A stretch of 64,000 bases of DNA from Desulfobacteraceae bacterium (GTDB lineage Bacteria > Desulfobacterota > Desulfobacteria > Desulfobacterales > JAABSP01), in contig JAABSZ010000001.1 in NCBI GenBank assembly GCA_011390135.1, positions 13,312 to 77,311 of the forward strand, read 5' to 3'. The stretch's first letter is position 1. Every line of letters starts with the position of its first letter. Below, piece after piece: positions 52,908 through 61,224 of the stretch. Made by a program: the position numbers and the translations under genes. The notes beneath the pieces were generated by a model. The model was not told the origin of the DNA. It did no database searches and saw only the letters and a program-made list of their open reading frames with translations.

Positions 52908-53336
52908 ATGACAGAAAAAGTGCTGCTGGTAGATGATGAGATCGATTTTGTCGATACCCTTGCCGAGCGGATGAAGACCCGGGGGATGAACGTCTCCACC
53001 TCCACCTCTGCAAAAGAGGCCATCAAACGGGTCGAAGAAGAAGGTTTCGATGCGGTCGTGCTGGACCTGATGATGCCGGAGATGGATGGTCTGGAGGCTC
53101 TGGCCGCGATGAAGGAGAAGAACCCCGATCTTCAGGTGATCCTGCTCACCGGCTACGGCTCTGTCGAGAAAGGGGTCGAGGCCATGAAGCTGGGTGCGAT
53201 GGATTTTCTGGAGAAGCCCATCGATACCGCAAATTTAGCTGAAAGAATCCAGAAGGCCCAGGCCAACCGGATGATCCTCGTGGAGAAGAAGACCGAGGAA
53301 AAGATCCGGAAGATCATTACCGGGAAGGGCTGGTAA
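52908..53336 (+). CDS. Single-domain response regulator (receiver)
   Basis: VDDE, DAVVLDLMMPE, LLTG, FLEKP. Confidence 0.85.
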   Translation: MTEKVLLVDDEIDFVDTLAERMKTRGMNVSTSTSAKEAIKRVEEEGFDAVVLDLMMPEMDGLEALAAMKEKNPDLQVILLTGYGSVEKGVEAMKLGAMDFLEKPIDTANLAERIQKAQANRMILVEKKTEEKIRKIITGKGW

Positions 53337-53392
53337 GGCATCCCTCTCCCTTTATAGTAAGTCTCATTTATAGTGAGTCCCATTCCGCCCAT

Positions 53393-53455
53393 CGCCTCAT
53401 CATGGCATCCCCTCCGGATCGATTCTCTTCATGATGAGGCGTTTCCCCTTTTTCT
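53393..53455 (+). terminator. Putative intrinsic terminator after the two-component operon
   Basis: CGCCTCATCAT (53393-403) pairs with ATGATGAGGCG (53431-41), followed by TTTCCCCTTTTTCT. The 27-nt loop lowers confidence. Confidence 0.4.
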
Positions 53456-53656
53456 GCGTCCGCAGATCCTGCAGCATTTCAGCCATTGCAGAAGAACCTG
53501 AAAACCGGCAAACCCTTTTCGCACCCTATATCCAAAAGAAATTATCTTGAAATCGTTTCACTCCCTGTTATAAGATATATTTAAGGCGGAAATCTTTTTC
53601 TGCTGACGGAGAATGAACTCTTATTAAATGAACTCTTATCAAAGGAGAAAAGAAGA

Positions 53657-54217
53657 ATGAAACGATTTTTGAGATTGCTGAAGGCGGGAACTTTGCTTGC
53701 GGCGCTGTTGGTGGCGGCGCCCGGAACCGGATACGCCCAGATGGAAGCCCGTACCCTGGACATGACCGGCATGGTAGGGGTGTTCTATTTCGACAATGAC
53801 GATGTCTATGAAGATGACAGCCCCATTTATACCTTCGGCCTTGGCTATCATTTCACTGAGAGCCTGGGCGCGGAATTCACGGCCAACTTCGTGGACACCA
53901 AGAAGTATGAAAAGGGTGAGGTCTACGATAATATTGTGGAGTTCATCTACAAAATCGATCTCCTCTACCATTTCATGCCGGACAACCAGTGGGTTCCCTA
54001 TGTGGCGCTCGGCGGTGGCGCAACCACCATCAATGAGGAGAGAGAAGACAAGACCGGCGGCCTTGCAGATGCGGGCTTCGGCGTGAAGTACTTCTTTTCC
54101 GAAGGATTCGCCTTCCGGATCGATGCCCGGTACAACTATGCCTTTGAAGATGAAGCGCACAACTTCAATGTCTCTGCCGGCCTCACCTATGTATTGGGAG
54201 TTCCCTTCATGAAGTAG
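53657..54217 (+). CDS. Small outer-membrane beta-barrel protein (OmpA-like/OMP_b-brl family)
   Basis: Signal peptide ..GTGYA|QME. Alternating-hydrophobicity strands and a C-terminal aromatic residue (..YVLGVPFMK). Confidence 0.65.
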   Translation: MKRFLRLLKAGTLLAALLVAAPGTGYAQMEARTLDMTGMVGVFYFDNDDVYEDDSPIYTFGLGYHFTESLGAEFTANFVDTKKYEKGEVYDNIVEFIYKIDLLYHFMPDNQWVPYVALGGGATTINEEREDKTGGLADAGFGVKYFFSEGFAFRIDARYNYAFEDEAHNFNVSAGLTYVLGVPFMK

Positions 54218-54254
54218 AGAGAGAAACCTTTTTTCCCGGGGATTTCGGCCGCTT

Positions 54255-55784
54255 CTACCGTTTTCTGATGGAAAGGCTCCTGGAAAAGAAGAGCTGAGGA
54301 CGATGGTTTCGAATGGTCCGGGCAAACTCTTCTGTCCGGAAGGCCAGAGGATCGTCCGAATCGGCTTTTCCGTTTGAAAACGAGCCGATTTCCCCGGGAA
54401 AGAGACTCTCTCCGCCCCCTGCACCCTGTCGGTGAAGCCGATGGCCATCCACATGGATCACCGCATAATCCTCTCCTGAATCCCTCGCTTTTTCCATGAT
54501 CGCTGTGATATTTTCAGCCGTGGGTGGAATCACCTGCGTCACCTCTCCGAAGGCTTGGGCCGGCCCCAGGGGCTCCAAAACAGGCTGAGCCGGCATCTCA
54601 TCCGGAAGTGGGGCGGAACTGTCCGGATCGTCCGGTTGGGGGCTGAGCAGAAGCACCCGGGTGGAGGATTTGGACCGGGATGGATCTCCCATTCCCCGGG
54701 GGATTCTCAGGGGCAGATGGCGCCGGGCCCGGACCGATTTGGCCCCCTGCAGCAGATACCGCTCTCCGTCATGAAGCAGCTCCCAGGGTAAAGAGAGAAG
54801 AAGAAACGCGGCCCGATTGGCCTCCTGCTGCTGAACCACCGAAGAGCCCCGCACCAGTTGCGCGTCGATAAAGACCGTCAATCGGCGCTCCTGTCCCTCT
54901 TCAGCCGAAAGCCAGCTCGACAGCACCTCGGAGCAACTGTATTTCGGCATGACATTCAAATAGAGTTCCCGGCCCCACTCCGGCAGGCGCTCTTCGACCT
55001 CCTGGGCTCTCTGTTTCTCGGCACCGCTGGGCCAGAGGTAATACTGATCAAGATACCACTTCAGCTCCTCGATCTCCGGGTAGCCGATGGGCGCAGTAAA
55101 GAGATAGGGCTCCCGGCATTCGGCTATCACTGTCTGGCGTTTTGCCGAGATGTAGTTGAGTTCCGCGGTCGCGGCCGCATAGGTTCTGCCGTCCCGGTTT
55201 TCGATATAGGGGGAGCGCAGCTCCAGCAGCAGTTCATCGGACGGTGCCGCATTGACCATTTCGATGGCCGGAGGGGATTCGGGGGGAGGTGCATCGAGGG
55301 TTTCCACTTCAATCGGATCTGTTCTTTCCGGGGCAGGCGGGCCATCGGACTTTCCGATCCGGTGATCTTTTCCGCGGTCCAGTCCCGACAGAATCTGGGG
55401 AAGGGCCCGTTTGATTCCGGCCGCGCCCTTGATCACCCGGATGGCAAGAGGCTTTTGAACAAAGAGCCATTTCAATGCCCCCAGTTCCACCCCCTCCCGC
55501 AGCAGCGGGATGATTGCGAAATCGTCCGGCCGCTGCTCTTTGACCTGGGAGGCATGTCGGGTCTCTTCCGCGACCCATGCGGAGTTGAAGGCATCGGGGC
55601 TGACCACCACGATGAATGCCCTGGCGTTTTCGAGGGTCTTGAAGATCCGGTCGAGGGGAATGTTTCTTCCCCGCAGCTCCCGGGAATCGACCAGACTGTA
55701 TATCCCCTTGGCTTCAAGGCTCTGGCGGAGCTTATCGACAAAATCGCTGTCCCGGCTGCTGTGAGAGATAAAGATCGTGCTCAT
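54255..55784 (-). CDS. TIR-domain protein with a C-terminal CHAT-like (caspase-fold) region that ends before the catalytic Cys position
   Basis: ATG at 55782-84. TIR: IFISHSSRDSDFVDKL..AFIVVVSPDAFNSAWVAEE. C-terminal: ..LSLPWELLHD.. ..TRVLLLSPQP.. ..YAVIHVDGH.. The ORF then stops at ..RPQLFFSRSLSIRKR, where CHAT proteins normally have the xLVxLxxCxS Cys strand. Confidence 0.6.
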   Translation of the reverse strand: MSTIFISHSSRDSDFVDKLRQSLEAKGIYSLVDSRELRGRNIPLDRIFKTLENARAFIVVVSPDAFNSAWVAEETRHASQVKEQRPDDFAIIPLLREGVELGALKWLFVQKPLAIRVIKGAAGIKRALPQILSGLDRGKDHRIGKSDGPPAPERTDPIEVETLDAPPPESPPAIEMVNAAPSDELLLELRSPYIENRDGRTYAAATAELNYISAKRQTVIAECREPYLFTAPIGYPEIEELKWYLDQYYLWPSGAEKQRAQEVEERLPEWGRELYLNVMPKYSCSEVLSSWLSAEEGQERRLTVFIDAQLVRGSSVVQQQEANRAAFLLLSLPWELLHDGERYLLQGAKSVRARRHLPLRIPRGMGDPSRSKSSTRVLLLSPQPDDPDSSAPLPDEMPAQPVLEPLGPAQAFGEVTQVIPPTAENITAIMEKARDSGEDYAVIHVDGHRLHRQGAGGGESLFPGEIGSFSNGKADSDDPLAFRTEEFARTIRNHRPQLFFSRSLSIRKR

Positions 55785-55874
55785 TATGGAAATCCTTAAA
55801 GGCCGTTTTAATTCTGACTCTTTTTCATACCCTATTTTTCCGCGCAAGGCAACATCCCCTTTCCCCGGGAGGGT

Positions 55875-56813
55875 TTATTTCCAAAAGATCCGGGTTCCCG
55901 AGATTCCTTCAACGGCTCCGGTCAGATCGTTAACAGAGCCGATCGCAGCTCTGCCCCGGCTGTGGCGGACGTAGTCTACTGCCGCTGCCACCTTGGGGCC
56001 CATGGAGCCTGCCGGGAAATGGCCTGCAGCCAGATGCGCTTCAGCTTCTTCAGGTGTCAGTTGGGTCAGGAGCCGCTCTTCCGGGCCGCCGTAATCGAGC
56101 ATTGCACCGGGTACATCAGTGAGAATCACAAATAGATCGACCCCCACCTCCTGAGCCAGCTTCGCGCTGGCAAGATCCTTGTCGATCACCGCATCCACCC
56201 CGGCAAAGGATCTCCCCTCCCGGATCACCGGAATCCCGCCGCCCCCGCAGCAGATCACAATGAAATTCTGACGGATAAGGGCTTTTATCTCCCGCTTCTC
56301 CACGATGGTTACGGGTACAGGGGAGGCGACCACCCGGCGGAAGCCTTTGGGCGTTTTGATTGTGGGATAGGGGAGGCGTGCAGCCTCGGCCTCGGTAAAG
56401 GCAGGGCCGATCGGCTTTGTGGGGGCTGAAAAGGCCGGATCATTTTCATTCACCACCACATAGCTGATGAGGCTGACTATCCGCTGATGCTCATGGATGC
56501 CCAAAGCCATCAGTTCACTGTCCAGGGTCGATTCGATCATATAGCCGATCTGCCCCTGGGTCTGGGCCACCAGGATCTCAAGGGGCAGGGGCAAAAGATT
56601 CGGGCAGCACTCCTGCTGGAGCATAAGGTTTCCCACCTGAGGGCCGTTGCCGTGGGTGATGATGATCCGGAAGCGCCGGGACAGCCTGGCTATCTCGCGG
56701 ATCGGCCTCCGCAGGTTCTCGAACTGCTCCTCGATGCTCCCTTTCTCCCCTTTTCGGATCAGGGCATTCCCCCCGAGGGCCACCAGCAGAACTGGTCTGT
56801 CATCCCTTTTCAT
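55875..56813 (-). CDS. Carbamate kinase
   Basis: ATG at 56811-13 (ATGA overlap with the upstream gene). VALGGNAL, THGNGPQVG, CCGGGGIPV. Confidence 0.85.
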   Translation of the reverse strand: MKRDDRPVLLVALGGNALIRKGEKGSIEEQFENLRRPIREIARLSRRFRIIITHGNGPQVGNLMLQQECCPNLLPLPLEILVAQTQGQIGYMIESTLDSELMALGIHEHQRIVSLISYVVVNENDPAFSAPTKPIGPAFTEAEAARLPYPTIKTPKGFRRVVASPVPVTIVEKREIKALIRQNFIVICCGGGGIPVIREGRSFAGVDAVIDKDLASAKLAQEVGVDLFVILTDVPGAMLDYGGPEERLLTQLTPEEAEAHLAAGHFPAGSMGPKVAAAVDYVRHSRGRAAIGSVNDLTGAVEGISGTRIFWK

Positions 56814-58144
56814 GAAGTCTCTCCCAGAAGACCTCCCAACCGCTTCTGCAGGATCGAAGAAAGGAGGGGCTCGCTGTGATCCTTGTATTCGTAGCGCACC
56901 CGCTGGGAGGGAATGCGGATATCGAGAAGTGCGGAGAGGTTGATGGGGGTGGCAAAGAGGACCAGGTCGCACTCTGCGGCATTGATGGTGGCCTCCAGAT
57001 CCTTTGCCTGTTTTGTGCTGTAACCCATTGCCGGCAGCACCGGGCCTATGTGAGAATATTTCTCATAGATGTTTCGGATCGCGCCGGCCGCGCAGGATCT
57101 CGGATCGACTATCTCGGCTGCGCCATATTTCCGTGCGGCAATGATTCCTGCACCGTAGGCCATCTCTCCGTGCGTCAGGGTAGGGCCGTCCTCGACCACC
57201 ATGACCCGCTTTCCCCGGATCGCCTCCGGATCATCGACCAGAATGGCCGACTCGGCCATGACGATCCTGGCTTTTGGCGCATGGGCTTCGATATTGACCT
57301 TGACCTGACTCACCCCCTCGGGCGGCGCGGAATCGACCTTGTTGATGATCGCGATATCGGCCATGATCATATTGGTCTCGCCGGGATAGTAGAGGAGTTC
57401 ATGGCCCGGCCGGTGAGGATCGAAGACCACGATGTGAAGATCGGGGGTGTAGAAGGGCGTGTCGTTGTTGCCGCCGTCCCAGACGATCAGATCGGCCTCC
57501 TTTTCGGCCGCTTTGAGAATCTTCTCGTAATCGATGCCGGCATAGACCGTGATCCCTTTTTCCACCAGGGACTCATACTCTTCCCTCTCTTCAATGGTAC
57601 ACTGATGCCGGTCGAAATCGGCAAATTCCGAGAAGCGCTGCACCTCCTGGGCCAGAAGATCGCCGTAGGGCATGGGATGGCGGATCACCACCGGATTTTT
57701 CCCCATCCCCTTGATAATCCGGCAGACCTCCCGGGTGGTCTGGGATTTTCCGCATCCGGTTCTCACCGCGCAGACCGCGACCAGGGGCTTTTTCGGCTTC
57801 AGCATGGTATATGTGGCCCCCAGAAGAATGAAATCCGCGCCATTGGCCATCGCGATGGCCCCCTGGTGCATCACGTGTGTGTGGCGAACATCGCTGTAGG
57901 AGAAGGCGACCAGATCGACCGAATGCTTTCGGATGAGATCGGCCAGCTCCTCCTCGGCATAGATGGAGATGCCTTGGGGATATCCATCTCCGGCCAGTTG
58001 GGGAGGGTAGCAGCGTCCTTCGATATCCGGGATCTGGGCTGCGGTGAACCCCACCACCCGGTATCGGGGATTGCCCCGGAAGTAGAGGTTGAAATTGTGG
58101 AAATCCCGGCCGGCCGCCCCCATGATGAGCACCTTTTCGATCAT
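56810..58144 (-). CDS. P-loop NTPase of the 'predicted GTPase / cyclic 2,3-diphosphoglycerate-synthetase-like' family
   Basis: 444 aa. N-terminal Rossmann-like MIEKVLIMGAAGRDFHNF and a P-loop VRTGCGKSQTT. The family assignment is from memory of similar annotations and is not verified. Confidence 0.5.
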   Translation of the reverse strand: MIEKVLIMGAAGRDFHNFNLYFRGNPRYRVVGFTAAQIPDIEGRCYPPQLAGDGYPQGISIYAEEELADLIRKHSVDLVAFSYSDVRHTHVMHQGAIAMANGADFILLGATYTMLKPKKPLVAVCAVRTGCGKSQTTREVCRIIKGMGKNPVVIRHPMPYGDLLAQEVQRFSEFADFDRHQCTIEEREEYESLVEKGITVYAGIDYEKILKAAEKEADLIVWDGGNNDTPFYTPDLHIVVFDPHRPGHELLYYPGETNMIMADIAIINKVDSAPPEGVSQVKVNIEAHAPKARIVMAESAILVDDPEAIRGKRVMVVEDGPTLTHGEMAYGAGIIAARKYGAAEIVDPRSCAAGAIRNIYEKYSHIGPVLPAMGYSTKQAKDLEATINAAECDLVLFATPINLSALLDIRIPSQRVRYEYKDHSEPLLSSILQKRLGGLLGETS

Positions 58145-58378
58145 AAGCTCTCCCCTTTTCTCGATTTAAAAGCGGTTTTCCTGCATCGGATCATGTGCGA
58201 TCTGCGGTATCTTTTTGATGATGGCCTGTTCGATGATGCTCTGTTAAAAACTGATCCTGTCTATTCTATCCGACACTTCAACCAAATACAACTTCAGATT
58301 CGATTCTCTTCGATTCGGTTGATCCTGCTTGACGGTTTGGCCGGGAAAGGGTATATGTGATCAAAAAAGGAGGAAAAG

Positions 58379-58906
58379 ATGAAGCAAAATGATCTTATAA
58401 AATCTTTACGAACACTGACCATCGGGATTTTTTCCGCACTCCTGCTCTTTGTGCTGGCCGCATACGGCGATGAAAAGGCATCGCCCGATGATGTGATGGA
58501 GCGGGTGAAGGCGGCTGCACTCTATCTTCAGGAGAAGGGGGAGGCGGGACTGGAAGACTTCAATGATCCTGATAGCGGCTGGGCCTTCAAAGATACCTAT
58601 GTCTGGGTACTCGACTGCAAAAATGGCACCGATGCGGCCCATCCCTTCAAGCCGAAGCTGGTGGGAATGGCTCTGATGGGGCTTCGGGACACCACCGGAA
58701 AGCTCTTCTTTGCAGAGATGTGCGATGGGGTCAAACAGCCCGGGGGGGATTGGATCGAATACCAGTGGCCCAAGGTGGGGGAGGATACCCCCTCCCGAAA
58801 GTTGACCTATGTTCTCGATGTTCCGGGACAACCGTATGAAGTTGCAGCAGGTATCTATGATGAGGATATTCCGCTGGAGCAGCTCAAAGGCATGATCCGC
58901 AGATAG
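58379..58906 (+). CDS. Secreted single-Cache (sCache_2-like) domain protein
   Basis: RBS aaggagg and a signal/anchor sequence. ..VKAAALYLQEKGEAGLEDFNDPDSGW..DTYVWVLDCKNGTDAAHPFKPKLVG.. ..WIEYQWPK... Confidence 0.6.
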   Translation: MKQNDLIKSLRTLTIGIFSALLLFVLAAYGDEKASPDDVMERVKAAALYLQEKGEAGLEDFNDPDSGWAFKDTYVWVLDCKNGTDAAHPFKPKLVGMALMGLRDTTGKLFFAEMCDGVKQPGGDWIEYQWPKVGEDTPSRKLTYVLDVPGQPYEVAAGIYDEDIPLEQLKGMIRR

Positions 58907-58916
58907 GGAGAATCGT

Positions 58917-59936
58917 ATGACAGCAAACGGTGAAAACTGGAACCCCGGAAAGATTCTGGAGACCTCCGGATACTACTGGCGCACCTGTACCCTCCATGCC
59001 GGGGTGAAGCTGGATATCTTCACGGCCATTGGAGAGGGGGAAAAGGAAACCGCCGATGTTGCCGCATCCATAGGCACGGAACCGAGGGCAACGGGAATGC
59101 TGCTCGATGCCCTCTCCGCAATGGGGCTTATTCAAAAGGAGGGGGAAAAATATCGGAACAGCGATGCGGCACTCCGGTTTCTTTCAAAGGATTCCGATGG
59201 ATATATCGGCTATATGATCATGCACCACCACCATCTGGTGGAATCCTGGTCCCGTCTGGACGAGGCGGTCGTCCGGGGCGAGGCGGTGCGGGGCAGATCC
59301 TCCTTTTCCGATGAGAGCCGGCGGGAGAGCTTTCTGATGGGGATGTTCAACCTTGCCAATCTAATTGCCCCGTCCATCGCGGAGAAGATCGATCTTTCGG
59401 GCCGAAAAAGCCTGCTCGACCTGGGCGGGGGCCCCGGAACCTATGCGATCCACTTCTGCCGGAAAAACCCGCAGCTTGGGGCAACGGTCTTTGACCTGCC
59501 CACCACAAAGCCCTTTGCCGAAAAGACCATCGAGCGGTTCGGCCTTTTGGACCGGATCGATTTTTCGCCCGGGGATTTCACTGTAGAGGATCTTCCCAAA
59601 GGGCCAAAAGGGGAGGGATATGACGCGGCATGGCTCTCCCACATCCTCCACGGAGAGAATCCCCAGGACTGCCTCAAGATCGTCTCCAAGGCCGCTGCAG
59701 CCCTGAACCCGGGTGGCCTTCTGCTCATCCACGAGTTCATCCTGGACGACAACCGGGATCGGCCCCTCTTTCCCGCGCTCTTCTCCCTCAACATGCTGCT
59801 GGGCACAGATGGGGGGCAGGCCTATTCCGAGGGGGAATTGTTGGAGATGATGGCCCGTGCAGGACTCTCGAAGATCCAGAGGGTTCCCTTTGTAGGGCCA
59901 AATGATTCGGGGATCATGGCCGGAACCAGATCCTGA
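58917..59936 (+). CDS. Class I SAM-dependent O-methyltransferase (Methyltransf_2-like, with an N-terminal winged-helix dimerisation domain)
   Basis: SAM motif I LLDLGGGPGTY, ..VFDLP.., ..GDFT.., ..LSHILHG.., ..LLIHEFIL... Confidence 0.75.
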   Translation: MTANGENWNPGKILETSGYYWRTCTLHAGVKLDIFTAIGEGEKETADVAASIGTEPRATGMLLDALSAMGLIQKEGEKYRNSDAALRFLSKDSDGYIGYMIMHHHHLVESWSRLDEAVVRGEAVRGRSSFSDESRRESFLMGMFNLANLIAPSIAEKIDLSGRKSLLDLGGGPGTYAIHFCRKNPQLGATVFDLPTTKPFAEKTIERFGLLDRIDFSPGDFTVEDLPKGPKGEGYDAAWLSHILHGENPQDCLKIVSKAAAALNPGGLLLIHEFILDDNRDRPLFPALFSLNMLLGTDGGQAYSEGELLEMMARAGLSKIQRVPFVGPNDSGIMAGTRS

Positions 59937-60002
59937 TTCTGATCTGAAACCTGGTCCGAAACCTGGTCCGGATTCTGATCCAGAGTGATCCGGAGTGATC
60001 CG
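59935..60002. repeat. Cluster of short tandem and direct repeats between convergent genes
   Basis: GATTCTGATC (x2, 59935 and 59971), GAAACCTGGTCC x2 tandem (59946-69), AGTGATCCGG x2 tandem (59983-60002). Confidence 0.7.
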
Positions 60003-60019
60003 GGACCCGGGAGCGGTCT

Positions 60020-60919
60020 TTAATCGTTCTTCTGGTTTTTTTGCAGAATCCCGATGATCTTTTCCAGCACCTCGTCGGCATCGGTCTTGGGAACCGTGCA
60101 GGAGCCGGCACCGGCATGGCCCCCGCCGCCGAATAGAGAAAGCATCAGCCCCACATTGACATTGCAGTTCCGGTTGAAGATGCTGTGGCCCACACTGATG
60201 ATGACCATTTCCGGCCGCTCCCGGTCATTGCGGACCCGCACCTGAACCACGGACTCGGGGTAGAGAGAGTAGATCAGGAAACGGTTGCCGGAGGGGGCAT
60301 CGACAAAGGAGCGGAAGTCGGAAACCGCCACATGATCGATTTGCCGGGTCTGCTCCTTCAAGATGGCCTCATACTCGCGGTTTCGTTCAATTACCGCCTG
60401 GCAGCGCTCCTGCACCTCCGGATCATCCATGATCCGATCCATCTTCTGCGATCCCAGCAGATCAACAAGCCGGTTCCAGTACGGCTCATCATCCCTGTCT
60501 GCGCTCGACAGGGTCATGGAGAGGAGGATATAAGGATAATTCTCCGGATGCTTCACCTCCTCGACCGTCAGCTCGGCCGCGTCGATCTTGTCGGCCTGAT
60601 CCACCAGTTCCCGGTAATCGCCTTTGAATCGACCCGCATAATGTTCAAAAATGACCCGGGCTGCAGAGGGGGCCATGGAAAAGGCCCCTTTAAAGGGTTT
60701 TTGAGGCCGATTCGTATAATGGTGATCGAACCAGAGTTCGCAGTCAGGATCATAGGGGAGATTGGCCATAATATCGCCGGGCCGGATTCCGGCCATCCCT
60801 TTTTGCACCTGATTCGGCTCCACCCAATTGACCGGACCCTCGACATCCTCGACTTCATAGAGCAGCACAGCACAGACTACACCGTCGAAATCGGCTCGGG
60901 TTACGATTCTCATAGACAT
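60020..60919 (-). CDS. DHH/DHHA1-like phosphoesterase (exopolyphosphatase-related)
   Basis: N-terminal RADFDGVVCAVLL (DxD), ..WFDHH.., C-terminal LFGGGGHAGAGSC (GGGH motif of DHHA1). Confidence 0.55.
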   Translation of the reverse strand: MSMRIVTRADFDGVVCAVLLYEVEDVEGPVNWVEPNQVQKGMAGIRPGDIMANLPYDPDCELWFDHHYTNRPQKPFKGAFSMAPSAARVIFEHYAGRFKGDYRELVDQADKIDAAELTVEEVKHPENYPYILLSMTLSSADRDDEPYWNRLVDLLGSQKMDRIMDDPEVQERCQAVIERNREYEAILKEQTRQIDHVAVSDFRSFVDAPSGNRFLIYSLYPESVVQVRVRNDRERPEMVIISVGHSIFNRNCNVNVGLMLSLFGGGGHAGAGSCTVPKTDADEVLEKIIGILQKNQKND

Positions 60920-60958
60920 CTTCCTCCGGAAAAATTTGATATGAGGCTTTTGCCTCTT

Positions 60959-61019
60959 TATAATAAAAAATCTGTATAATAAAAATCAGGATAATAAAAA
61001 TCAGGATAATAAAAAAAGG
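60959..61019. repeat. About four tandem copies of a 15-bp AT-rich unit (ATAATAAAAATCAGG) in a divergent promoter region
   Basis: tATAATAAAAAATCTGT ATAATAAAAATCAGG ATAATAAAAATCAGG ATAATAAAAAAAGG. There are two perfect copies at 60976-90 and 60991-61005. Confidence 0.8.
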
Positions 61020-61224
61020 TAACACTATATATCTTTCAATCCTAAATATCAAGCTAAGGAGGCAAATCATTCCGATATTTCCCGTACCAGAGGGAGAGAA
61101 TCGGAGCCATTGGAACAATTTAAAGCAAAATTATTTAAAGGGGAGGGCGGCTTGAGTCTTGAAAGCCCCCTGCATTTGTGATAACTCAACCTGCTGCCGA
61201 AAAGGCTGTAAAAAAAGGAGTTCC

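Noticed and set aside
60959-61019. A CRISPR array (also considered for 7914-8085 and 40853-40915)
   Set aside because: The repeats are only 9-19 bp, either tandem without unique spacers or too few in number. No cas genes are present in the window.
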